From Nitrospiraceae bacterium (GTDB taxonomy: Bacteria; Nitrospirota; Nitrospiria; Nitrospirales; UBA2166), in NCBI GenBank assembly GCA_002726235.1, contig PBSN01000013.1, positions 62,001-88,988 on the forward strand: DNA of 26,988 bases, given 5' to 3'. The notes beneath the pieces are model-generated. The model did no database searches, had not been told where the DNA came from, and saw only the letters and a program-made list of their open reading frames with translations. A program made the position numbers and the translations under genes. This document shows, one piece after another, positions 16,530 to 25,900 of this stretch (position 1 is its first letter; each line of letters starts with the position of its first letter).

Positions 16530-18245
16530 CTACACCGCGCCGACTTTGGTTTCCAGCAGATAGATCTCATCACCCTGTCTTCCGATGTAGCGTAACTCAT
16601 CTGAGGCATCCAAGTGTAGCGGACCGTCTTTTCCAGACAGAAAGTGGTCGAATGGCTCGCTTTCCTGCCCGTCGATCACGGCCACCCACTTACCATTTCG
16701 GTGCCCGGTAAAAAGCACATGCTCGCTGTCAGCACTAAAGATCACCCCCTGCACCTCAATGCCATCATAGGCTCGTCCGGTGACCTTGCGTTCAACAAAC
16801 ACTCGCCATTTGGCATCTGCGCTGCCCGCAATATATGCGAGCTTGCTGCTGTCAGCACTGAACAGCAGGCTCTCCTCGGCCAGAGCCCAATGAGGGCGCC
16901 CAAGTTGTTCGTCAAGCACGACTCCGAGCTTGTCCGTGCCTTGGAGAACCGAGTACGCAAGGCGTTTCCCGTCTGGACTGAACACTGGGCCCTTGATTCC
17001 TAATCGGGTGAATCCGAGATTCTCGTGGGGGCGGCGGTCGTATGAGAATGTGCCCGGTTTTCCATCCAGCACAATAAACCACGCACTCTCCTGTACTGCG
17101 ATGTACGCAAAATGTTGACCGTCCGAGGAGAATCGAAATGTGTCGTGCCCGAGGTCGGTGTGTGGAATGCCGAGAGTGCCATCCACGACGACGCCCCATT
17201 GGAGGCCAATCCTCACACCAAACGCTAATTGTGCTCCATCTAGGCTGTAATTGGGCTGAATGCCATCAATGTCGTCATAGGGTTGGCCGACCTTCTTGCC
17301 ATCCACAACGATCGTCCAGTCTTCACCGTCTTTCGCTGCGTATGCGAGATGAGCGCTGTTTGGGCTAAAAGCCAGACTTTGGGCCCGGATCTGGTCATGT
17401 GGCGGACCCGAAATAGTATTACGTACGGTGACCCATTTTTCTCCAGATTGTGCGACATAGGCCGTATGTTGGCTGTCCCCACTGAAAACAATAGAGGTTA
17501 TGGCGATGAAATCAAAGTGGGGCCCCTCATTGCCATCTACTGTCACAGACCACGCCTTGGCAGTTTGCGTCACATAGGCGGTTCGTGTGCCGGTAGGATC
17601 GAAGACTGATGCTCCGCTCCAAATGTTGTCATAACGGGGACTGGCCTGTCCGTCCATGACCATGATTTGTTTCGAACCTGTGGTTGCGATGTAGGCGACT
17701 CTGTTGGTGAGACTGAATTGGAGACTGTACGGGATAATGCGCTGATAGGGGGGAGAGCGTTCCCCGTCGATGATTGCAAACCATTTTCGCTTCTTGTTCT
17801 GCGCGGCATAGGCATATCGGGTTCCGTCGGGACTGAAGGTGAAACTGCCGTCCAAAATCTTGCGATAGCCTGCACTCACCGATTCGTCGACAACCATGAC
17901 CTGATGTGTGCCCTGGGTTGCCTGATAGGCCAATCGCTGGCCGTCCGGGCTGAACCTCAGGCTGTCCCGTTTGATCGCGTCAAACAGCGCCCCCGGTTTT
18001 CCATCACGAACAACCTGAACCTTCGTATCCGAAGCTTTCTGAATGTAGGCGATGTTTCGAACGTTTGGGCTGGCGATGATGGAACGGGGATTCCACGCGG
18101 AAAGATCAATCGTTGCAAGCAGGGTTTTCGATGCAATCGCACCCTGCGTGTCGCTGGGTTGAGCTGTGGATATTATTGCCGTGCCGAACATGAGGCCGAT
18201 GCCTGCAGCAAGAGCACAAGTCCAGCGGTGGATGTCGCGGTTCAT
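16530..18245 (-). CDS. Secreted beta-propeller repeat protein (TolB/PD40-like)
   Basis: Signal peptide; about 12 repeats of 'FSPDG.RLAY.A....W.VVVDG..G..YD.I'; ATGA overlap with the upstream FGE gene. Confidence 0.85.
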   Translation of the reverse strand: MNRDIHRWTCALAAGIGLMFGTAIISTAQPSDTQGAIASKTLLATIDLSAWNPRSIIASPNVRNIAYIQKASDTKVQVVRDGKPGALFDAIKRDSLRFSPDGQRLAYQATQGTHQVMVVDESVSAGYRKILDGSFTFSPDGTRYAYAAQNKKRKWFAIIDGERSPPYQRIIPYSLQFSLTNRVAYIATTGSKQIMVMDGQASPRYDNIWSGASVFDPTGTRTAYVTQTAKAWSVTVDGNEGPHFDFIAITSIVFSGDSQHTAYVAQSGEKWVTVRNTISGPPHDQIRAQSLAFSPNSAHLAYAAKDGEDWTIVVDGKKVGQPYDDIDGIQPNYSLDGAQLAFGVRIGLQWGVVVDGTLGIPHTDLGHDTFRFSSDGQHFAYIAVQESAWFIVLDGKPGTFSYDRRPHENLGFTRLGIKGPVFSPDGKRLAYSVLQGTDKLGVVLDEQLGRPHWALAEESLLFSADSSKLAYIAGSADAKWRVFVERKVTGRAYDGIEVQGVIFSADSEHVLFTGHRNGKWVAVIDGQESEPFDHFLSGKDGPLHLDASDELRYIGRQGDEIYLLETKVGAV

Positions 18246-19183
18246 TCCTTATCGTCTCCTGCATCACTCTCGGTCGCGCCAGCGTTACCTGCACTTTTGG
18301 CACAACGAAAGCCGCCGTGGGGAGGGGTATACANGTGCGACCAGCCTGCGCGAAAGGTGGTTGTGAGTACACCCGCCATCGACTTGGCCGATCCCCCGCG
18401 AATGGTATATGCCGAAAGCCTCTTTCCGTGCTTGTTCATTCTTCCTTTCTTGGGACCCTGCGGATTACGCAACGGAGTCTCTTCGTAGTATTCTTCCAGG
18501 TAGAGATCGTTGACCCATTCAAATACGTTCCCTGCCATATGATGCGCTCCGTATGGTGAGACCCCTTTGGGGTAGCTGTCGATAGGAGCGAATGAATCTG
18601 GGCCTTGCCATTCCTGAGGAGGTGTTGCAAATAAAGCATGCTCGTTTGTCGGTGGGGTATCTCCCCATGGATGTGGTCTCCCATCTCTCCCGCGTGCGGC
18701 CTTTTCCCATTCTGCCTCAGTCGGAAGCCGTTTCCCTGTCCATTCACAGTAGCCCTTCGCCGATTTCCACAGAATGCTTGTGACGGGAATATTCGCGTGT
18801 CTGGAAAGATCAATCAGGTAGGAATTTGTTGGGAGGTAAGCTGGGTCCACTTCGCCTCCGCCATTGGCTTTGACGTACTTGTCGTAGCGGGCGACCGACA
18901 GTTCATATTTATCGATGTAGAAGGTGTCTAAATAGACAGTATGATGGGGTCTTTGGTTAAATCCTCCCGATCCAAACCTGACGGGGTTTTGATTTCCCAT
19001 GATGAACTCGCCCGCCGGGACAAGAACCATTGGGGCTCCGTCCTCGCCGATAATTTCGGTGGGGAGTTTTGCATCCTCTTCTGCCGCATGAGTACTGGCA
19101 GGAGCGGAGACGAAAAGGAGAGGCGCTACTATTGNAGCAATCAGGAGTGCTCTTCCAAAACTTTGCCGTTTTTTGCGAATCAT
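18242..19183 (-). CDS. Secreted FGE/SUMF1-fold protein, second copy
   Basis: GAGG SD before ATG19183; signal peptide; 'DGAPMVLVPAGEFIMG', 'RLPTEAEWEKAARG', 'MAGNVFEWV' and 'GFRCA'. Contains two N bases. Confidence 0.9.
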   Translation of the reverse strand: MIRKKRQSFGRALLIAXIVAPLLFVSAPASTHAAEEDAKLPTEIIGEDGAPMVLVPAGEFIMGNQNPVRFGSGGFNQRPHHTVYLDTFYIDKYELSVARYDKYVKANGGGEVDPAYLPTNSYLIDLSRHANIPVTSILWKSAKGYCEWTGKRLPTEAEWEKAARGRDGRPHPWGDTPPTNEHALFATPPQEWQGPDSFAPIDSYPKGVSPYGAHHMAGNVFEWVNDLYLEEYYEETPLRNPQGPKKGRMNKHGKRLSAYTIRGGSAKSMAGVLTTTFRAGWSHXYTPPHGGFRCAKSAGNAGATESDAGDDKE

Positions 19184-19360
19184 TTTTTCCTCACTGATAC
19201 ATATACACAGATCAGGCCTCGCGGGCCTGCCAACCATAAAACACCGGAAGATTGGAGATATCCGACGGTTATCCAACTGAGGGCATCAACACGATACGTG
19301 GCCTGAAGATCGTCCCCCTTCAACAATCCTCAGCTTATCCGGTCTAGGATACACGGTTTA

Positions 19361-19759
19361 TCATGTGGTGTCATCCCCAAGTGGGGCCAATATCACCTCT
19401 AGGCGAGGGTCGTTGCGATCAATTTTTTTGTGAAGATGAATCTCGACAACACGGTTATCGTTTAACTCGAGCGCTTCGCAAATCGCATCCTGTGTAATCT
19501 TGAGTCCACTATCCAAGTCCCGCCGCAATGCGGTGCGCAGATAGAACCACATCGAGAGGATCAGGGCATGAGATTGCAACAGGGTGCGCAGATGCTCTCG
19601 CTTCGGATTTTTGGCGAGCGCTATCAGGACATGTCCCCCAACGAGTTGCTTGTACGAGCGGCTTTCTGCCGAAAGGATGCGGCGACCATTCACTGTTGCG
19701 TACTGGTGATTGATGCTGGGAGGGATGGGAAGTGTTAGTTGGAGCTGATCATCGGACAC
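19361..19759 (-). CDS. rusA: RusA-family Holliday junction resolvase
   Basis: 'LPIPPSINHQY', 'RRDLDSGLKITQDA' and 'NDNRVVEIHLHK'. Confidence 0.85.
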   Translation of the reverse strand: MSDDQLQLTLPIPPSINHQYATVNGRRILSAESRSYKQLVGGHVLIALAKNPKREHLRTLLQSHALILSMWFYLRTALRRDLDSGLKITQDAICEALELNDNRVVEIHLHKKIDRNDPRLEVILAPLGDDTT

Positions 19760-19794
19760 GAGGCATGCAGGCGTTGGGCGAACCCCCGGGTGTC

Positions 19795-20235
19795 TTACAG
19801 GAGTTCCATAAAACGCGGTTGGGCGTTTTCAAGCTTTTCTTCGTTCACCTTCAGGTAGTGCCGCCATGCGGACGGACTCCACATCTCAAGCTTTTGATAC
19901 AGGCCAAGCAGAACAATTTCTTGGTCAATGTCGAGGTTCAGGTGTTTTCGCATCTTTCCCGGAATCAGGACGCGGCCCCCTTTGTCGACATCTGACATCG
20001 TCATCTCAGATACAATATGATGCATAAACAGACGGCTCTCCTCTTCATCAAGGCCGGCACGGCTCTGTTCGAGGATTCGTGTCCACTCCGGGTGGGTGTA
20101 GGCCCAGAGGCAGGACTCGGGACCTTTCAGGTATACGAGGCGTTTCCCGTGGTTTTCGAGAATCTCCCGCATGGGTTGCGGAAGTATGAACCGCCCTTTC
20201 TCGTCAAGCTTACAGACGTGTTCGCCAGCAAACAT
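19795..20235 (-). CDS. mraZ: MraZ-family (AbrB-fold) transcriptional regulator
   Basis: 'MFAGEH..KLDEKGRFILP..MR' and 'VDKGGRVLIP..MRKH...EIVLLG...KLEMWS...W'. Confidence 0.88.
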   Translation of the reverse strand: MFAGEHVCKLDEKGRFILPQPMREILENHGKRLVYLKGPESCLWAYTHPEWTRILEQSRAGLDEEESRLFMHHIVSEMTMSDVDKGGRVLIPGKMRKHLNLDIDQEIVLLGLYQKLEMWSPSAWRHYLKVNEEKLENAQPRFMELL

Positions 20236-20274
20236 TTCTGCTCCGTAGCCTCATGTAACACATGAGGAAGAACG

Positions 20275-20303
20275 ATGGTAGGCCATGTTGTGCGCACTGT
20301 CAA
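20275..20303 (-). promoter_or_regulatory. Sigma70 promoter for mraZ-rusA
   Basis: Minus-strand TTGACA-N17-TACCAT, with the palindrome CCTCATGT-N3-ACATGAGG (20249-20267) immediately downstream. Confidence 0.65.
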
Positions 20304-20318
20304 GTTTTTGTCGCTACT

Positions 20319-21698
20319 TCACTGTCGGGGTGCAAAGGACGGGATGCCCGATTCATCGAACCGAGTCTTGACGGCTTGCATCATCTCTGGAGTGACTTCG
20401 GAATGTCCGTGTTCGCGTGCATACCGCTCAACACTCTTGATGACCATGCCTCTGGCAAACGATGGAACCCGGTCCAATCGCTCTTGGGCAGGTTTGGTCC
20501 AAGTGAGTTCATAGGCCGGTTCTGCTCCGAACGCGGTGATATGCGGAAACTGGACTAACTCGTTGCCATACTGGCCGGGTTGGTATGTACACGAGGGATC
20601 TTCAGCCAGATAATCCTCGTCCGCGGCGTAGGCACGTGCGCGACAACCGCCGCAGACGTCTCGAAACTCACATTTGCCACAACGCCCACTGAGTAGCGTC
20701 CGGTCGCGGAGCTGATCGAAAACCTCGGAACTGTTCCAGAGGGTGGCAAAGCTCTTTTCTTTGAGGTTTCCAACGCTCACTGGCAGATAAGGGCAAGGCG
20801 TCAGGTCTCCTTCCGGCGAAATTCGGCAGTAATAGATGCCGCAAGGGCATGTCCCTCCAGGGTATCCCTGCAGTAGCGGTGAATCTGATTCCCGTTCGTA
20901 GATGGTGCGTTTAAAATGGGGTGCGCACTTTGCCGCCACGAACATCCTTCCTTTGTACTTCTCCTGCAATGCAGAAAGAGTTTCGAGCATGGCTTCGTAT
21001 TGTTCTGGACTCAGGTCCATGATGGTTTTTCCACGTCCGGTGCGAACGAGAAAATACAGGTTAAAGACTTTGGCGCCGAGCTCTGCAGCATATTCAACCA
21101 TCTGCGGGATTTGGTCACAATTCATACGGGTCACGGATGTCTGCACCAAAAACTGCATGCGGTGACGAGAAAGTACCTCAATCCCCTTCAACGTGGCATC
21201 GAGTGCCCCATCGATGCCACGGAATTTATCATGATCACTCGGCGAACAAGAGTCGAGGCTGATTCCGGCTCCGCTCACCCCATGATCGAGCATTTGCGTG
21301 ACCGTCGTGTCGTCAAGAAGAATCCCATTGGTCCCCATCACGACTAAAAACCCGGTTTTAGCCGCATAGTGCGAAATCTCAAGAATGTCCGGCCGGAGAA
21401 GGGGTTCGCCGCCGGTTAAAATCAGGAGGGCGTTGCTATTAATCGTGGCAATCTGGTCGATCACCGTGAAGCACTGTTCTCGGGTGAGTTCGCTGTCGCG
21501 GATGTAACCGCTCGGAAACTCGTTGGTATCCACAAAACCTGCGGGTAGATAGCAATGGGCACACTTCAGGTTGCATAGTCTGGTGATATTCCACGAAATG
21601 GCTTGAATCTTGGTCTGCACGTTTCCTGTCCTTCCGTCAGGGGGGCCACATAGTACCGGCGCGGGATGTTTTCCTGCAAGTCCCGAACAGTATGACAT
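20319..21698 (-). CDS. Radical SAM/SPASM protein, Ahb (heme b synthase)/NirJ-like, with C-terminal PCP_red-like domain
   Basis: 'SWNITRLCNLKCAHCYL', 'TGGEPLLRPD', 'KCAPHF'; SPASM 'CPCG...PCPY...CGKCEFRDVCGGCRARAY...EDPSC'; tail 'WTKPAQERLDRVPSFAR...VERYA'. The start could be GTG21620. Confidence 0.85.
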   Translation of the reverse strand: MSYCSGLAGKHPAPVLCGPPDGRTGNVQTKIQAISWNITRLCNLKCAHCYLPAGFVDTNEFPSGYIRDSELTREQCFTVIDQIATINSNALLILTGGEPLLRPDILEISHYAAKTGFLVVMGTNGILLDDTTVTQMLDHGVSGAGISLDSCSPSDHDKFRGIDGALDATLKGIEVLSRHRMQFLVQTSVTRMNCDQIPQMVEYAAELGAKVFNLYFLVRTGRGKTIMDLSPEQYEAMLETLSALQEKYKGRMFVAAKCAPHFKRTIYERESDSPLLQGYPGGTCPCGIYYCRISPEGDLTPCPYLPVSVGNLKEKSFATLWNSSEVFDQLRDRTLLSGRCGKCEFRDVCGGCRARAYAADEDYLAEDPSCTYQPGQYGNELVQFPHITAFGAEPAYELTWTKPAQERLDRVPSFARGMVIKSVERYAREHGHSEVTPEMMQAVKTRFDESGIPSFAPRQ

Positions 21699-21742
21699 AT
21701 TACAACATCTGTGATTTGCGCAGTGTTAAGATGCGCTTCGGC

Positions 21743-21767
21743 CTTTTGGGGCATTGCGCCCCAAAAG
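21743..21767. promoter_or_regulatory. Perfect palindrome in a divergent promoter region (candidate operator)
   Basis: CTTTTGGGGC-N5-GCCCCAAAAG. Confidence 0.45.
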
Positions 21768-21876
21768 AGACACACGTATACTCAAGCGCTTTTGTTTGTA
21801 TCGAAATCCGCTATGAGTTACGAATAGTAGGTTTTCGTTTCATCTTCAACGGTGATCATGGAGGGGGAGAAGTAGC

Positions 21877-22734
21877 ATGGAGCGTTCTATTGGCAAGTTG
21901 AGTACAGTGGTTATTGTTATTTGCGTGGTTGGCTTGATCGGCGCTGTCGATGTGTTTGCGGCCAAGAAGCGGGGAAAATCAAAATATAAAACGGTTGACG
22001 TGTCAAATGGAGCGACGTTGTCTGGCGCTGTGACGCTTAAGGGGAAAGCTCCTGCTCCCAAAACGTTTCCCATCGGCAACTTTCCGCAAGGGGAATTTTG
22101 TAGCGGTGTCGACACCAAAGATGGAACCCGGATCCTTCGGGACGTCTCGGTTGGGAAAGGGAATGCTCTTCAGGACGTTGTCGTTGTGATCAAGGGCATT
22201 AAAGAAGGCAAAGCCCGTGTCTTGAAGAAGACACACGTGGATATGGATGTGTGCAAGTTTCTTGTAGCCGGCGGATCGTCCACATTCGTCGGGGTGGTGT
22301 CACCGACCGTGAATTTTACTGTTACCAACAAGGATGAAGCTCCCGATCCGAAATCCGGAAAGGTCATCGGGGTGTTGCATAACCCGCATTCGTTCGGCAT
22401 CGCACCTAAGAAAAATCCGAGCACCATGTTCAACTTGGGAATGCCGGAAAAAGGCCAAACCCTCTCATTCAAGAAAGACATGAAGAAAATTCGGCGGGCT
22501 CCCGTCATGAAATTACAGTGTGATCAACACGAGTATATGCAGGCTTGGTTTCGATCGGTGCGCCATCCGTACTACGCCTTGGTGGGTGCTGATGGGACAT
22601 TTTCAATCGATCAAATTCCGGCGGGTAAATATAAGGTCATCGCGTGGCATCCGATTCTAGGAGAGCAGACTCAGGAGATGACGTTTGGAGCAGGTGCGAA
22701 AGAATCGGTCAAATTTGAGTTCGCGGGGAAATAG
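21877..22734 (+). CDS. Secreted carboxypeptidase-regulatory-like/amicyanin-like cupredoxin protein (paralog of 1528-2409)
   Basis: GGAGGGGGAG SD; signal peptide; 'LHNPHSF', 'CDQHEYM' and 'ADGTFSIDQIPAGKYKVIAWHP'. Confidence 0.85.
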   Translation: MERSIGKLSTVVIVICVVGLIGAVDVFAAKKRGKSKYKTVDVSNGATLSGAVTLKGKAPAPKTFPIGNFPQGEFCSGVDTKDGTRILRDVSVGKGNALQDVVVVIKGIKEGKARVLKKTHVDMDVCKFLVAGGSSTFVGVVSPTVNFTVTNKDEAPDPKSGKVIGVLHNPHSFGIAPKKNPSTMFNLGMPEKGQTLSFKKDMKKIRRAPVMKLQCDQHEYMQAWFRSVRHPYYALVGADGTFSIDQIPAGKYKVIAWHPILGEQTQEMTFGAGAKESVKFEFAGK

Positions 22735-22911
22735 CCTAATCGATAATTGCTGAGATAAAGCTTCGGATATTCACGAAGGCGAGATGTGGAGATCTTCCTA
22801 TTCTCCCCCCCCCCCTGATCATAANGGAGAGGNGCTGTGATGGCTTCCCCGTAGAGGGGAGNGGGGAATAGCAAAAATCCAACATCCGTCGACATGTGTG
22901 GAGGGCTNAGT

Positions 22912-25900
22912 ATGAGNACCCAAAAGATCGGTGTCTGCAGAGAAAATCGGGGATTTCTTGGACTGTTTTGCGGAAACAACACGATCGTCCGGCTCATTTT
23001 TTTGGCGGTTTTTGGCAGTTTCCTTGCCTTCTTGCCGCCGAAGGGGGCGGCTGAGACTCCTGCCTACACTGNCGTGCCAGCTGGAACGGGGTATTGGGCG
23101 GCCCAGCAAGCTGAGCCTCTTGCAGCAGGGGAGGTTCCGGATTGGGTGAACAAGCTGAAGGCCCAAATCATGATTGAAGAGGCGATGGAGGGCAATACGG
23201 GCAGGACAGGTAAAATTGCCGCCATGCATCAGAAAATGATGGATCATGCGATCCATGCCCGTGAAGGAGAGGCTAGGCCAACGAGTGGCCCCTATGCCTA
23301 CTCTGATTTGCTNCATCAGTTTGGAATGATGGGGGATGATCCCATCTTAGGGCCTGCCGATCAGGTCGCGTCTGCCGCCATGAATCGCGGTGGCCGGTGC
23401 CCGTCTTTTGCGCCACGCAGGGAGTACGACATTGTGGCGATTGAGGTGGGTGTGACGTTGAACCAATGGCAGATGTTTTATTACGGGTACATGTTTACTT
23501 TGGCGGAAGACCTCGAGCGTGTTCATCAGGAAGAAGCCAGAAACGAATTGGCCAGAACTCGAGACGATGATCCCGGTGCCGTGTCCAACGGCTTGCAAGG
23601 TGATGCNATTCAGCCGTTAGTGATCCGGGGCAATGCGGGCGATTGTGTGATCTTCAAGGTGGTGAACGAGATTGAAGAGCAACCCATCAGTTTCCGGATC
23701 CACGGGTCGAACATGATTGTGCAATCCACTGGTGAGCCGGCTGTTTTAACGAATCCTGATGCAACAATTTATGACGGTGAAGGACAGACGTTCGAATGGT
23801 ATTTGCGCCCAGATGAGCAGGAGGGTACGCACCAGATCCAGAGTGTCGGCCAGCGCGAACAGACCGCGTTAGGATTGATCGGGGCGTTCGTCGTCGAACC
23901 CACCGGATCGACCTACCTCTCACCGTGGGAGGACGGCAAGGAGCTGAAAAGTGGCTGGCAAGCCATTATTGCTCATCCTCAACAACCAGATTTTCGTGAA
24001 TTTGCCCTAATTTACCATGAGATTGGGGACGAAGCGTTTCGGCCGGTTGACAGAAATGGGGAGATGCTTCCCCAACGGGATCCGCTGTCCGATGCCTATC
24101 GGCCGGGAGCGCGAGCATTGAATAATCGGAGTGAGCCTTTTGGAATTGCAATGCTTCAGCGACAGAAGGAGGTGTTCCATTTTGAGGATGAATCGTCGGC
24201 CTATAGCTCGTATACCTTTGGCGATGCGCCGACGCCTCTCGGGCGGTCTTACTTGGGCGATCCGGCAAAATGGCGTCTGGTGCATGGTGGGTCTGAAGTA
24301 TTCCATTCCCATCATCCCCATGGCGGGACGATTCGATGGTTGCGGCAGCCGACGGCCGGTGATAAACGCATGTTTGCTGATGGAACGGGTGGGCCGGTGA
24401 AATTTCCAGTCGTCCGGACCGTCTCCGATCGCGTTGATGTTCAAGTGATTGGGCCGACCGAGGTGTTCGACCTTGATGTGGAATGTGGTTCGGGCCTCTG
24501 CCAGCATTTGGCGGGAGACTTCCTATACCACTGTCACGTCGCGCACCACTATGTTGCGGGCATGTGGGGGTATTGGCGGGTGTATAACACTCTTCAAACG
24601 GGGAACTATCCGCATGAATCTACCGACATCATGCGGCCTCTCGTCGAGTTGCCAGATCGCAAAGGGTTGGTCAAGAGGGCTGTGTCATCTGATGCGCTCG
24701 TTGGTAAGGAAATGAACTGGTTTGGGAAGAATTACCAAGTAACCCAAAATACGACTGATTGGACGGCCAATCCGCCGCAGGTAGGCATCAAGGATTGGGT
24801 CCAGTACATGGTCCCAACGATGGGGCAACGTGGACACACCGATGACGAGCGTGGACAGGTCATGGCTCATGATGCGACTGTGATGCCGTGGTCTTGGGAT
24901 GGGGTGAAGGCCATGAGTGAGCCTGAGACCACATTCGAGTGGCCAAAGTACACGCCGGCAGAAGGCAATCATCATGACTGGACCCCGGCACCGGGGAAGC
25001 GGTTCCCCTTCTTGTTTGAACCAAAGACGGGGAAGGTGGCGTGGCCCCATTTGCGTCCACACTTGGGTATGCGCCCACTGTATCCGCACAACCACAATGG
25101 CGCGCCGTGGCTGGAACCGTTTCAGATTGGTGCTGATGCAGGCAGTCGATTCTCTGAGCCTGGGCAGGATGCTCCGATAGGGAAACTGAGCACCAAGCCT
25201 GCGTCGCCTGGAGAACATGGACCGTGGAGCCTGTGCCCTGAGAATGCTGGGCGGGCACAGTTTACGGTGAACTTTGTTGAGATTGTGATCGAGATGACCG
25301 GCAAACGTGGGGATCAGCCTGCCGTTGTGGATCCAAACGGCCTACTTTTTGTTCTGGCCGAAGAGGAAGCGGAAGTGCGCAAGAACAAGGAGATGCATGT
25401 CCCGCTCGTCATGCGGGCGAATGTGTACGACTGCATCGATATCATCCTGAAGAGTAAGTGGAAAGATAATCACGCGACCAACCTGCTCGGCAGCAAGGTC
25501 AACATGCACCACCATTTCCATCAGTTTGACAATCAGGCCTCGGATGGCGTGATCAGTGGTATGTCATATGAGCAGGCGGCTCGTCCGTACGATGTGCTGG
25601 TCAACGACCATCCCGGTCACGGATTGCCTCTGCCAATGAACGACGCGCTGGCCAAGCCGGCCAAAAAAGGGGACACCGTTCTGCACCTTACGGGCGCCAA
25701 TGCGGAGCACTTCTTCCACCCCAATATTGAGATTGGGGTTGGAATGGACCAGATAGGCACCTTCGAGATCGTCCGAATTAAGGATCTTGATGGCGCGCAG
25801 TTCACGGTGACGCTGGAGCAGGGCTTGAAGCACGACCACGCCAAGGGTGAGTTTGTGAGCGTTGAATGGGTCCGTGAGCGGTTATACGTCGATGCGCAGT

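Noticed and set aside
16530..18245. Repeats as a CRISPR or DNA tandem array
   Set aside because: The periodicity is at the protein level (propeller blades); the nucleotide copies are degenerate.
14595..18488. Plus-strand ORFs such as 14595-15245 and 17667-18488
   Set aside because: Antisense to well-supported moeB, beta-propeller and FGE genes.
19361..19759. rusA as evidence of a prophage
   Set aside because: No integrase, structural or other phage genes in the window.
22805..22920. C11 homopolymer upstream of the MCO as a phase-variation tract
   Set aside because: It is intergenic and surrounded by several N calls, so it cannot be distinguished from low-quality assembly.
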